From an uncultured Gammaproteobacteria bacterium (lineage in GTDB: Bacteria; Patescibacteriota; Microgenomatia; CAZXEC01): a stretch of DNA of 64,000 nt. This document shows, piece after piece, positions 17,931 through 27,871 of the stretch. The stretch covers positions 187,750-251,749 of the forward strand of contig CAZXEC010000001.1 in the NCBI GenBank assembly GCA_964639595.1, read 5' to 3'. Both the position numbers and the translations under genes were made by a program. Below the pieces are notes generated by a model, which was not told where the DNA came from, ran no database searches, and saw only the letters and a program-made list of their open reading frames with translations. The number at the start of each line of letters is the position of its first letter. Positions within the stretch are counted from its first letter, which is position 1.

Positions 17931-18088
17931 TTATATGGACTGGGGAGCTATTTATATACTGTTTCTCTTTTGGCCACTGTTAGCTTTTTTATTAACTTGT
18001 AACTTGCACTCCTGGTCTGTCAACTTAATTTCACTCCAGGAGTGCAGGTTCAGGTTTATGCAGGCTGACTACGATTAGTAAAATTAAG

Positions 18089-19075
18089 CTAAAACAAACT
18101 TCTGGCGAAATTCCAAATCTCCGGGTGGCCTTTTTCTTTGAGATAATACCACCATTCTGCCCCCCAGAGATAAACTTGCGAGAAATTGGTTTGTTTGGCA
18201 AAATTGGTGATTTCCTGGATTCTCTTGGGGTTCATTGATTGATATTGTTCAGCAATAGTCATCTCCGGCAGAGGTTTTGACCCCCATGGTTCAACCTGCA
18301 ATTCAGAAACAATCACCGGAATATTGTGGTTAATTAGCTTGGCCTTCAAGCGATAAAACTGGGGAGACAGGGGATAATAAAAATATCCCCACAACGGATT
18401 CCAGGTTACCCGATACATGGTAGTGCCGATAATATCTGCCAATTCTGCCGGTTTCAACCAGGTAGACAATTCACCGGAGTCGGTAATGAGTATGGGTCTT
18501 GCATCAATAGACCTCAACAAAGCCGCTTCCTTTTCCAGAAACGCATCATCAGCTGCAGGACAATTCCCGAATGGGAAAAAGGGCTCATTTTCCAACTGCC
18601 AGACGGTAATTGTGGGGTTGCCCTTGTAGCGCTTAACAGTTGCCTCCAGCATTCCCAAAACTCTATTTTGAATTTCTGGTTCAGTGAGGTTTGATATCCA
18701 CTTAGGATCGTGACATTCCGGCCAGTGGGGCAGTTTCCTGCCTACAGCCAAAATAACCTTGGCTCCTCTTTTGCCAGCTTCTTTTATCTGCCAATCAATA
18801 TCGGCAAAATTAAATCGTCCTTGTTTTGGTTCTATCTGGTTCCAATTGGCTTGCAGGCGCAGGAGTCTGACCTTTAAATCATCAAGATATGCCAGGTAAG
18901 TTTTTTTCCAATCAAGCCCCAGGTATTGGGCGTGAGCTTGGGCAAAAGAGGCGCCAAAGACAGAGGCACTTTTAATATTTTTAGCGCTTTGGTCTTCTAA
19001 ATAAAGAGACAACCAAACCAAAACAGCGATAGTAAGAAATGCCGCTATCCAGTAAATTTTTTTCAAATGGATCAT
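18089..19075 (-). CDS. membrane-anchored glycoside hydrolase, clan GH-A (NEP acid/base motif)
   Basis: N-terminal TM anchor; WNQIEP and QLENEP motifs typical of (beta/alpha)8 clan A glycosidases. Confidence 0.5.
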   Translation of the reverse strand: MIHLKKIYWIAAFLTIAVLVWLSLYLEDQSAKNIKSASVFGASFAQAHAQYLGLDWKKTYLAYLDDLKVRLLRLQANWNQIEPKQGRFNFADIDWQIKEAGKRGAKVILAVGRKLPHWPECHDPKWISNLTEPEIQNRVLGMLEATVKRYKGNPTITVWQLENEPFFPFGNCPAADDAFLEKEAALLRSIDARPILITDSGELSTWLKPAELADIIGTTMYRVTWNPLWGYFYYPLSPQFYRLKAKLINHNIPVIVSELQVEPWGSKPLPEMTIAEQYQSMNPKRIQEITNFAKQTNFSQVYLWGAEWWYYLKEKGHPEIWNFARSLF

Positions 19076-19977
19076 GGATTTGCACCGATCATTGCCAGTC
19101 CGCCAATAATTAGAACAATTGCTAAAATCTTTTGCAGAAATAAGCCAGTGGTTAACTTCTCTTCTAAAACCTGGGGGAATTTTTGGGAAAAAATGATCAC
19201 TAACATAAATAGGAAAGCATACTGGATACCTTGCATGGCCTGGACTATGGTGGGCGATGCCAGTGAAATGGCAAAATTAAGCAGGATAGCTCCCAGCGCT
19301 CCCAACCCCTGTCCAGTTAAAAATAGCAGGCCGGTCCCTTTATTGGTTTTGTCGGTGCTAGCAAAAATTTGCTGCCTGGCTGTGGGGAAAAGTAAAAAAG
19401 TTAATACTAACAGGGCTGCTCCCCATCTGGACCAAAAAAACCCATTAATAAAACCAATGTTGTTGTAGACATATTTAGATAAGGTAAAGGTGGCCGCAAA
19501 AAATAATGATGCCAATATGGCAAACATGAAACCCTTGCTAGAAAAACTCAAGAAAGTTTTTAAGTTGGCGGAAATGATTATAGTTCCTAAAATGAGCAAC
19601 AACAGGGCGGTGATTTGTAATTGAGATAATTTTTCCGACAAAAAAAGCCATGAGAGGGCAAAAATTACCACCGGTTGGGTGCCACCGACAAACGGGATCA
19701 CCCTGGAGGTTTCTTCCCGCCGCAGGGCGGCGAAGAAAAAAAGCAAAGCAACAGCAAACAGGGCGCCAGCAGCAAGGCTTGTTAAAATTTGGCCAACAGC
19801 CGGAATAGTCACTCCGAAAGGAATAAAGACGACCACCAGTAATCCCAACAAAGAGATAAAAAAAGTATAAGCAATCGGATTGGGGATGCTTTTGGTTAAA
19901 AGAATCTTATCAATAACAAAAGCCAGGGCGTTGGCCAGGTGTCCGACAAGTACAATGGTGATCCAGCTTGTAATCAT
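19072..19977 (-). CDS. EamA/DMT-superfamily transporter
   Basis: About 10 TM helices arranged as two EamA-like repeats; overlaps the upstream gene by 4 nt. Confidence 0.5.
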   Translation of the reverse strand: MITSWITIVLVGHLANALAFVIDKILLTKSIPNPIAYTFFISLLGLLVVVFIPFGVTIPAVGQILTSLAAGALFAVALLFFFAALRREETSRVIPFVGGTQPVVIFALSWLFLSEKLSQLQITALLLLILGTIIISANLKTFLSFSSKGFMFAILASLFFAATFTLSKYVYNNIGFINGFFWSRWGAALLVLTFLLFPTARQQIFASTDKTNKGTGLLFLTGQGLGALGAILLNFAISLASPTIVQAMQGIQYAFLFMLVIIFSQKFPQVLEEKLTTGLFLQKILAIVLIIGGLAMIGANP

Positions 19978-21374
19978 ACAATTAATGGCAATGATGCCAA
20001 TTTTGGTTTTTCTCCGCTAAGAATTTCTTCAATTCTCCAAGTACCATGGGTGGGGGCATTAAAAAATCCATTCCAGGCCATTTCTGCCAAGCCTCCGGAC
20101 AAAATCCAGTCGAACAGCCACTGATGAGTATATTTAGGGTCAAGTTGGGCAATGCCTCCCCCTACCGAGAGTAGCCATTGATAATTATATAACTCCTGCG
20201 ATCCAATTGGTGGGGCCATGATAATTGGCAGCCCCAGCCCGGTATAAAATGACAGCTCGGAAGGTTTGGTCCATAGCACATCTGTTTCGTGTAAAATATG
20301 GTTAAACTGAGCAAAATATTGATGGCGTTTTGGGGTGTAAAGAATATTAATACCCCTGCCCTGCTCGTCTTTTAGCCCTAGTTGCGTGATGGTGTCCTCA
20401 AAATAAGTGTTAACATCAGCTTTAGTGCCGGCGATCAACCAGAGTCTAACCTGTTCTTGCTTGATTAACGTAGATAGACTTTGAGCAATTTGGGCACCCA
20501 GTTCCCTTTGGGCGCCGGCTCCGCCCACGGCAAAGGTAATGGTTAGGGGTCTTTCCACACTGGTCTTCTGCCAATTTTCCCCCAAGGCCCTGTCAATAGT
20601 ATCTCGATATTTTTCAGTAAATACCCCCAAAGGGTCGAGTTTTTTCAGTCTCCTCGGCAAATCCTGTTTAATGTCACGAACATCAACCCCTCCCACCAGC
20701 TCTTTTGGCAATGGGAAACCGGTCAGGTAAATATTATCCTGGTCAACACCATACAGTTTTAATCTTTCCGCCACCCGGCCATTAGGGACAAAATATTTAA
20801 TTTTACTTAGGTGGGGATCAAGTGGGGCCCAAGCCCGTGATACATCAGCATCCAGGATAGTGATGTAAATATCACCCGGATAATCAAAGTATTCAGCCGC
20901 ATAAGCAATGGTAAAAAAGGTGGCTACTAAAGGCAAAGGCTGTTTTTTGAGCCGGTCTATTAAATCTTGAAACAATCCCTTTTGGAAAGCGGCATAATTT
21001 TGCTGGAGTTGCCAGCTGGGTTTTGACAAATCTCTTTTAGGATAAAAAGGAATAATTCTCTGAAAATAATCAAAGATGACAAAGACCACCTCGCCTATTA
21101 TGGGGACAGTTTTGAATCTGGAGATGCCTTCATAAAAATGGCGGATATTATTCCAATAATTCTTGTCACTTGGGGGAATTCCCGGATAATCATTGGCAAT
21201 AATGACGCCATCATAAGCCAGATGCGATAAGTTAAAAGCGGCCCTTTCGTGTCCATAGCCCATATCCAGAGTAACTACCCAGGCCAGAGATACATTATTA
21301 TTTGGCAAGTTGGTCTTTTCCACTCTAGATAGTATAACAAGGCTCAAAGAGCATGAGAAGGGTAAATTGTTCAA
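19974..21374 (-). CDS. GT28-family glycosyltransferase (diacylglycerol glucosyl/galactosyltransferase, MGDG-synthase/UgtP-like)
   Basis: The N-terminal DMGYGHERAAF motif is the hallmark of MGD/UgtP-type glycolipid synthases. Confidence 0.6.
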   Translation of the reverse strand: MNNLPFSCSLSLVILSRVEKTNLPNNNVSLAWVVTLDMGYGHERAAFNLSHLAYDGVIIANDYPGIPPSDKNYWNNIRHFYEGISRFKTVPIIGEVVFVIFDYFQRIIPFYPKRDLSKPSWQLQQNYAAFQKGLFQDLIDRLKKQPLPLVATFFTIAYAAEYFDYPGDIYITILDADVSRAWAPLDPHLSKIKYFVPNGRVAERLKLYGVDQDNIYLTGFPLPKELVGGVDVRDIKQDLPRRLKKLDPLGVFTEKYRDTIDRALGENWQKTSVERPLTITFAVGGAGAQRELGAQIAQSLSTLIKQEQVRLWLIAGTKADVNTYFEDTITQLGLKDEQGRGINILYTPKRHQYFAQFNHILHETDVLWTKPSELSFYTGLGLPIIMAPPIGSQELYNYQWLLSVGGGIAQLDPKYTHQWLFDWILSGGLAEMAWNGFFNAPTHGTWRIEEILSGEKPKLASLPLIV

Positions 21375-21380
21375 CAGGTT

Positions 21381-21395
21381 GTTTTATGGTAAAAT
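21381..21395 (+). promoter_or_regulatory. extended -10 promoter (TGgTAAAAT) for tRNA-Glu; a second copy of TTTATGGTAAAAT lies at 21558-21570 upstream of greA
   Basis: A TGn-TAAAAT element sits 15 nt upstream of the mature tRNA 5' end; the identical 13-mer recurs upstream of greA. Confidence 0.35.
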
Positions 21396-21409
21396 TTCCT
21401 GGCTAGTAA

Positions 21410-21482
21410 GCCGCTATCGTCTAGAGGCCCAGGACGCATGGTTCTCAACCATGCAACACCGGTTCGAATCCGGTTAGCGGCA
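21410..21482 (+). tRNA. tRNA-Glu (anticodon CUC), CCA not encoded
   Basis: Cloverleaf: acceptor GCCGCTA/TAGCGGC, D-arm GTCT-AGAGGCCCA-GGAC, anticodon stem CATGG/CCATG with loop TTCTCAA, T-arm ACCGG-TTCGAAT-CCGGT, discriminator A. Confidence 0.85.
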
Positions 21483-21678
21483 CTTTTGGCAAAAAGGGGG
21501 CTTTCACAAGAGCCACTTTCGCCTCTCCATTGATCACTTGGCATTGACATGACTCTTTATGGTAAAATAACCCAATAAATTCAATCCTGCCCGGGACTGT
21601 TAAGAATATTTTTTACATAGTAATTATCCATGATGTAGGTGTAGGTAGGAGTCTTTTTAGTCCCTAAAAGAGCCTGAT

Positions 21679-22146
21679 ATGAAGAAAAGTGATAAAATAT
21701 ACCTAACTGCCCAGGGCCTAGATAAGCTCAAAGCAGAACATGACGAGCTGGTCAATATCAAACGACCGGAGGTAGCCCAACGGATTGCCCGGGCCCGGGA
21801 CTTTGGTGATCTGTCGGAAAACGCCGAATACGATGAGGCTAAAAATGAGCAGGCCTTTATTGAAGGCCGGCTAGAAGAACTGGAAACTATTCTGCGTAAT
21901 GCCCAGGTTATTGGTGATAGGCCTAAGTCTGACTTTGTGGTGATTGGGTCAACAGTAGTTGTTGAATGTGAGGGCCAGATTGATGAGTTTACTATTGTGG
22001 GTTCAGTAGAAGCCAATCCGGCCAAGAAAAGAATTTCTAATGAATCGCCGGTAGGGAAAGTACTTTTGGGTACCAAGGAAGGAGAGGAAATTTGGGTGAC
22101 AACTCCAGTGGTAAAAGTTAAATATCGTGTGTTGGAGATTAAGTAA
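21679..22146 (+). CDS. greA: transcription elongation factor GreA
   Basis: N-terminal coiled-coil with conserved acidic residues (DLSENAEYD) plus a C-terminal FKBP-like domain; 155 aa. Confidence 0.9.
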   Translation: MKKSDKIYLTAQGLDKLKAEHDELVNIKRPEVAQRIARARDFGDLSENAEYDEAKNEQAFIEGRLEELETILRNAQVIGDRPKSDFVVIGSTVVVECEGQIDEFTIVGSVEANPAKKRISNESPVGKVLLGTKEGEEIWVTTPVVKVKYRVLEIK

Positions 22147-22148
22147 AT

Positions 22149-23510
22149 ATGAAAAATGATAAATATCTGCGTGAATTCAAAGTAAATTTGACATCGCTGT
22201 CTGCTGCTGACAAAAAGCTGATGGTTAAACTGGTAGAGGTTGTCAGGTTAGTTGCTCCCTTGTATGCCCAGCAGGTCAATAGCAAGTATCCTGGCGCCAA
22301 TTTTTATCCGCATGATGCCTCCCGTGAAGAGATAGAAAAAGCAGCGCACAACAACCCGGATATTTTGAGCCCCTATACTGTGGTAGAGCGTCAAAATGGC
22401 CAGCTGGTAGCTATTCCCTATCATGTTAAATACCAAAAAGCTCTCCTGCCAATTTCCCGGGCTTTGCATGAAGCAGCAGCTCTGTCCGATGGTCAGATGA
22501 GCCGCTATTTAAAAGCCACAGCCGAGGCCCTGCTGGCTGGTGATTATGACGAGATAGATAAATATTGGTTATCTCTCAAAAACTATAATATCGATATTCT
22601 GATTGGGCCGTTTGAGAGATATGTGGATAAACTATTTTTTATTAAGCGCGCCTACCAGGGGTATCTGGGACTTGTTAATAGACAATTAACTAAATTGGCA
22701 CAAGATATCCGTGATGTTTTATATAACACTATTGAAAATAATCCTGATATCAAACACCGGATAATTCCTCTGGAAAGGACACAAGTTAGCGCAATAGACA
22801 ACATTGCCTTTTCGGGATTTTTGGCAGAATCATTGTTTTCCCAGGAACATTTTCCTTGTAATGAGGCCAATATGGAAAAATATGGAGCCAGGATCATCAT
22901 CTATGCCAGCTCCTTAAAGTACAAATTTGATAATTTATTGTATCCTATTTTCCAATCGGTTTTTGAAAAACGCTTCCAGTCAGGCTACTCGCGGGAGTTG
23001 TTGGAAAAAGCCAATTCCCTGTATGTATTAGTCAGAGGTATTGCCCAACAAATGCATCGGTATCAAGGTGCCAGAGAACGCTTGAAAGAATTATTCCCGA
23101 TCATTGATGAAGCCAACAGCCCGGTATCCGGTATACAACATTGCAAGCATTTAATTATGAAAGGGGTTATTTCTCAAAAAGAGCTGGAAGCAATTATTAT
23201 CACCCATATCTGTTGGATGTTTTCCGAATGGGTATTGATTAAAAAGACTCAAACCCGCTCTGATTACCTGCACGGGGATGCTTTGGTGTTAGGATTCTAC
23301 TTAACAGAAGGGGCCTTAAGGCTACAAGATGGCATTTCTTGGCCAAATTTTTCTAAAATATTTTTTGAAATAGAAAGATTATCTTTGATATTTGTTAGAT
23401 TAATAACCATAGGTGATTATCAGGAAGCCAAGGACTTTTTTGATAAGTATTTAAAGTTATCTGTTTTTGATCAGCTGGCAGTCAGATTAACAAAAATTAA
23501 ACCGATTTAA
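22149..23510 (+). CDS. conserved hypothetical protein, paralog A (HExxH-less member of a putative metallopeptidase-like family)
   Basis: Shares the ANFYPHDA...PY.VV...G.L...PYH motif block with the downstream paralog; the position equivalent to HExxH reads AQQMH. Confidence 0.45.
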   Translation: MKNDKYLREFKVNLTSLSAADKKLMVKLVEVVRLVAPLYAQQVNSKYPGANFYPHDASREEIEKAAHNNPDILSPYTVVERQNGQLVAIPYHVKYQKALLPISRALHEAAALSDGQMSRYLKATAEALLAGDYDEIDKYWLSLKNYNIDILIGPFERYVDKLFFIKRAYQGYLGLVNRQLTKLAQDIRDVLYNTIENNPDIKHRIIPLERTQVSAIDNIAFSGFLAESLFSQEHFPCNEANMEKYGARIIIYASSLKYKFDNLLYPIFQSVFEKRFQSGYSRELLEKANSLYVLVRGIAQQMHRYQGARERLKELFPIIDEANSPVSGIQHCKHLIMKGVISQKELEAIIITHICWMFSEWVLIKKTQTRSDYLHGDALVLGFYLTEGALRLQDGISWPNFSKIFFEIERLSLIFVRLITIGDYQEAKDFFDKYLKLSVFDQLAVRLTKIKPI

Positions 23511-23515
23511 ATTTT

Positions 23516-24934
23516 ATGGTTGAGCAACCACGATCAGAAGGCCAATCTAGACTGTCCATGCAAAAATTTATAGTACCGGAAAGGGACTTGCTACCTCGGC
23601 CGGAGGCACAGCTGTTGGCGGCTCTGGAGCAGGCAGCTGAAGCAGGTGCCCAAATTTTTGCCAGACAACAGGATACCAGATTCGCCGGGGCTAATTTTTA
23701 TCCCCATGGTGCTACCAAAGATCAAATAGCGGCAGCTGCCCAAACAAATCCTTTGATTTATGACCCCTATCATGTGGTAGTGGCAGGTAATCAAGGGGAG
23801 CTAGCTACGGTGCCTTACCATGAATATTATCGTGAACAGATCAAACCGATCTTGGCAGCTTTGAATAAGGCGGTTGGTTTTGCTGCTCGCTATGATCAGA
23901 AAATGCATTTGGCCGCCATCGGTGCAGCTTTGCAAAAAGGCAACCACGAAGGAGCGGTTGAGGCTTGGTTATCTATGGATCCCGAACCCAAGGTTTGTGC
24001 CGTCATTGGGTTTTATGATCGCTATACGGACGGACTGTTTAATAGAAAATATGCCTTTGAAGCCTGGGTGGGAATTTTGGACGAAGATACTACTCAAACC
24101 TGCCAGTCAAGGGTAGATGAAATTATTGATGTTTGGCGAAAAAGAGGCTTAAAGCCTGCTGATATGGCAGTACCCAAAATCAGGGTGAGGGTAGATAGGA
24201 CCACTATTTTCTCCGGTCAAGCTGCCCTTTACGATTGGGGAGCCAATAATTTACCGTGCCAGAGACAGTGGAGAGAAAGATATGGTTCAAAATTTGTCAT
24301 TTTTGAGTCTAACTTTGTGGACAAAATGGTTTTTGGCCGTATTCCATTACTTGGGCAGACAGTAGATAAGGATTTTACTGATGCTGATATAGAGCAAATT
24401 TTTGAAGCAGCCCTGCTGAATTATCTGGGACACGAACCCAGCCATGCTTTTATTCGTCGGCCTCAAGATGAGGAAAGACTGGGTGGGGAATACGCTATGT
24501 TTAGTGAACTTTACTGCACTGCCCTGGGAATGTGGCTAGCCTTAGATCTAGATATAGATGATCAACTCAAAGATTCTGTTTTGGCCATGCATTTTGCTGC
24601 TACCGCTGATGACAAAATCAGTTTTGAAACTAAGGGTACCAGAAGAGAATATGCTGAAGCCGATCTGGTTATTTTTAATTTTTTGAGAGAAAAAAAATTA
24701 ATTACTATACACGATGGCAGGATTAGTTGGAAGAATTGGCGTGAGTTGCAGCAGGCCTTAGGCGAATTAGTCCATATTTTAGAGCAAATCGCCAGTGCTG
24801 GTGACCAAGATGATGTTTTAAAATTACAGGATCAGTATGGCAGCAAAACTATCCTAGATCGACTTAGTGTTTTTAAATCCAGCCACAAGGGGCCAAAAAC
24901 ATCCAAACCGCTTAATCCTTTACTGGTGTCATAA
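23516..24934 (+). CDS. conserved hypothetical protein, paralog B with HExxH (GHEPSHAF) motif - putative zinc metallopeptidase
   Basis: ANFYPHGA...PYHVV...PYHEYY block and a HEPSH zinc-binding motif with a downstream Glu (EYAMFSE). Confidence 0.45.
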   Translation: MVEQPRSEGQSRLSMQKFIVPERDLLPRPEAQLLAALEQAAEAGAQIFARQQDTRFAGANFYPHGATKDQIAAAAQTNPLIYDPYHVVVAGNQGELATVPYHEYYREQIKPILAALNKAVGFAARYDQKMHLAAIGAALQKGNHEGAVEAWLSMDPEPKVCAVIGFYDRYTDGLFNRKYAFEAWVGILDEDTTQTCQSRVDEIIDVWRKRGLKPADMAVPKIRVRVDRTTIFSGQAALYDWGANNLPCQRQWRERYGSKFVIFESNFVDKMVFGRIPLLGQTVDKDFTDADIEQIFEAALLNYLGHEPSHAFIRRPQDEERLGGEYAMFSELYCTALGMWLALDLDIDDQLKDSVLAMHFAATADDKISFETKGTRREYAEADLVIFNFLREKKLITIHDGRISWKNWRELQQALGELVHILEQIASAGDQDDVLKLQDQYGSKTILDRLSVFKSSHKGPKTSKPLNPLLVS

Positions 24935-24985
24935 TTCCTATTGAGCCAGATTGTAAACAAATGAACGATTTCGTATACTAGCCTC

Positions 24986-26458
24986 ATGGAACCACTAGAA
25001 GGGCTAAGGCAAGTCCGCCTGCAAAAATTAGCCGATTTAAAAAAAGCCGGTATCAGTCCTTATCCGGCCAAATTCGATAAACGACATACTATTGCCCAGG
25101 CACTGGCATCGCTTGATAAAAAGGTGACCACTGCCGGTCGGATTATGTCGCTGCGGCCGCATGGCAAAATTACTTTTGCCGATTTGCGCGATGCCTCCGG
25201 CCAAATTCAACTATTTTTCTCTCAAGAAAACCTGACGGCTGATAGCCATCAACTGTTAACTCTCTTGGACATTGGTGATTTTTTGGGAGTATCCGGTAAA
25301 GTTTTCAAAACTAAAGCCGGTGAGATCACTATTGAGATTGACAATTTCAGCGTGCTGGCCAAGTCTTTAAGGCCCCTGCCTTCTTCTTGGTATGGCTTGA
25401 AAGATATTGAAGAGAAGTACCGGCGCCGTTATTTGGATTTGATTATTAATGATGATGCTAAAAAAACTTTTCTTTTACGCACTAAAATAGTTTCTGCAAT
25501 TCGCCGTTTTTTGGATGGTCAAGATTTTATTGAAGTAGAAACTCCCACCTTGCAATCAATTTATGGTGGTGCTAATGCCCGGCCATTTACCACCCACCAC
25601 CAGACCTTGGAGGCTGATTTTTATCTTAAAATCTCCGATGAGTTGTATCTGAAGCGTTTGATTGTGGGCGGGTGGGAAAAAGTTTATGAGATTGATCATA
25701 ATTTCCGCAATGAAGGGGTGGATCGAACTCATAATCCGGAATTTACCATGATGGAATGTTATCAAGCTTATGCTGATTACCGTGACATGATGGAGTTAAC
25801 GGAATCGCTTTATGAAACAGTTGCCAAAGATGTTCTGGGATCAACTAAAATTGACTATCAAAACCAGACAATTGACTTGAAAAAACCCTGGAAGAGACAA
25901 ACCATGGCCGAGGCAATTGGTGAGTATTTGGGGTATGACGTTAATAAAATGTCCGATGATGATTTGAAAAAGGCCATTGCAAAAGAAAAAGTGGCTTATG
26001 AAGGCGAGCCGACTTTAACCGGCGTGGCAGCCGGCTTTGTCCGCGGGATTGCCATTGCCACCCTGTTTGAGGCGGCGGAGAAAAAATTAGTTCAGCCCAC
26101 CTTTATTATTGATTTCCCCAAAGAGACAGCAGTGCTGGCCAAGCCCCACCGTGATAATCCCAGCTTGATTGAACGGTTTGAAGTCTATATTAATGGGTGG
26201 GAGATGGGTAATGCTTATTCAGAGCTGAATGATCCAATTTTGCAAAAAGCAGGTTTTGAAGAACAGGTCAAAGCCAAAAAATCCGGAGATGAAGAGGCTC
26301 ATCCGATGGATTTGGATTATGTGGAGGCTTTGGAATATGGTATGCCCCCCACCGGCGGTTTGGGTATTGGTATTGACCGGACGGTGATGTTATTGAGCAA
26401 TGCTCAAAATATCCGCGATGTGATATTATTCCCCACGCTAAAGCCGGAGAAGAAGTAA
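24986..26458 (+). CDS. lysS: lysyl-tRNA synthetase (class II)
   Basis: OB anticodon-binding domain followed by the class II core (FRNEG..., GGLGIGIDR). Confidence 0.95.
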   Translation: MEPLEGLRQVRLQKLADLKKAGISPYPAKFDKRHTIAQALASLDKKVTTAGRIMSLRPHGKITFADLRDASGQIQLFFSQENLTADSHQLLTLLDIGDFLGVSGKVFKTKAGEITIEIDNFSVLAKSLRPLPSSWYGLKDIEEKYRRRYLDLIINDDAKKTFLLRTKIVSAIRRFLDGQDFIEVETPTLQSIYGGANARPFTTHHQTLEADFYLKISDELYLKRLIVGGWEKVYEIDHNFRNEGVDRTHNPEFTMMECYQAYADYRDMMELTESLYETVAKDVLGSTKIDYQNQTIDLKKPWKRQTMAEAIGEYLGYDVNKMSDDDLKKAIAKEKVAYEGEPTLTGVAAGFVRGIAIATLFEAAEKKLVQPTFIIDFPKETAVLAKPHRDNPSLIERFEVYINGWEMGNAYSELNDPILQKAGFEEQVKAKKSGDEEAHPMDLDYVEALEYGMPPTGGLGIGIDRTVMLLSNAQNIRDVILFPTLKPEKK

Positions 26459-26487
26459 GAAGAGAAAATTAATAAGAAGGAAAGAAT

Positions 26488-27072
26488 ATGACAAGAGACG
26501 ATGCTTACAGTTTGATGACCGAGATGCTTGAGAGCAAAAATTTGCAGAAGCATGGTTTGGCGGTGGAAGCCATTATGCGCACACTATGTAAAGAATTAAG
26601 AATTAAGAATGAAGAATTAAGCGATGAGGAATTTAATGAAGAGGAATGGGCTATTGTCGGCTTGTTGCATGATGCTGATTATGAGCAGGTGGAAAAAGAT
26701 CCGCAAAAGCATACTCTGGTAATGGAAGAAAAACTTAAGCCATTGGGGGTATCGGAAAGAATTATAAATGGCATCAAGGCTCACCATCCAGGAGTCAAGT
26801 CAACCCGCGATAACTTGATGGAAAAGGCGGTTTATGCGGCAGATGAATTGTCAGGACTTATTATTGCTGTTGCTTTGGTTCATCCCGATAAAAAGTTATC
26901 GTCAATTACAGTTGAATCGGTGATGAAAAAATTTCCCCAAAAGAGCTTTGCTGCTGGCGCCAACAGGGAGCAGATTAAAACTTGTGAGGAGGAACTGGGT
27001 ATTCCTTTGGAAGAATTTGTGGGAATTGCACTTTATGCTATGCAAAGGATATCAAGCGAGCTAGGATTATAA
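26488..27072 (+). CDS. HD/HDIG-domain phosphohydrolase
   Basis: H...HD (LLHDADY)...D pattern; 194 aa. Confidence 0.6.
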   Translation: MTRDDAYSLMTEMLESKNLQKHGLAVEAIMRTLCKELRIKNEELSDEEFNEEEWAIVGLLHDADYEQVEKDPQKHTLVMEEKLKPLGVSERIINGIKAHHPGVKSTRDNLMEKAVYAADELSGLIIAVALVHPDKKLSSITVESVMKKFPQKSFAAGANREQIKTCEEELGIPLEEFVGIALYAMQRISSELGL

Positions 27073-27265
27073 CTTATGGTGGAAGAAGGTAGAAAAGGCG
27101 GAAATCTTGGCCAATATAAATGGCAGTGTGAACTGTTGAGGGCACAAGAGATGGATTTACCAATAGCATCTCAATTCAAGAATTAATTGATTTTATAGAT
27201 ATGGCCGTGAGAGGCCTAACGGGGTTATTAAATAAGGGTCAGCCTGATGATCAATAAAGATAACT

Positions 27266-27865
27266 ATGAAAATTGTAGATCTTAAAAAAATTCTCAAAGT
27301 TTTTTTAACCTTGCAGTGGACCAAGGAACTGCCCCGGCAGGGTTTTATTGCCATGGGTTTTAAGCGGAACGAAGCAGATTCAGTGGCTGCTCATTCATTT
27401 GCTACTGCCCTGCTGGCTTATTTTTTAGCTAAAGAACTGCAAAAAGAAGGATCAAAAATTAATCCGGATAAAGTTTTGAAAATGGGCCTGGTGCATGATA
27501 TCGGGGAAACTATTGTGGGAGATGTGGGCACTTTTGTCAAAGGCATGGCTGGTGGAGTGTTTAAAAATATTGAAGAAGAAGGTGTCAGAGCTCTGGTGGC
27601 CGAGCTTGATTCCAGGGATGAGATTATGGCTCTGGTTGCAGAATATAACGGGCGAAAAACAGTGGAAGCGCGGTTAGTTAAAGCAGCTGATAACCTGGAT
27701 GCGCTGGCTCAAGCCAAAGGTGTACCGGGGGCGGCTGGTGCGTTAAAATATTTTAAGGAAGTTTATCATATTACCAAGTTTGACTGGCACAAAAAAGCTG
27801 TTGATTTAATCATGAGCGACAAAGTGGAGGCGGCCCGGGAGTGGCAGAAAAAAAGTGGTCATTAA
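27266..27865 (+). CDS. HD-domain phosphohydrolase (YfbR-like 5'-nucleotidase family)
   Basis: HSFATALLAYFLA ... LVHDIGE motifs. Confidence 0.6.
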   Translation: MKIVDLKKILKVFLTLQWTKELPRQGFIAMGFKRNEADSVAAHSFATALLAYFLAKELQKEGSKINPDKVLKMGLVHDIGETIVGDVGTFVKGMAGGVFKNIEEEGVRALVAELDSRDEIMALVAEYNGRKTVEARLVKAADNLDALAQAKGVPGAAGALKYFKEVYHITKFDWHKKAVDLIMSDKVEAAREWQKKSGH

Positions 27866-27871
27866 TAGTTT

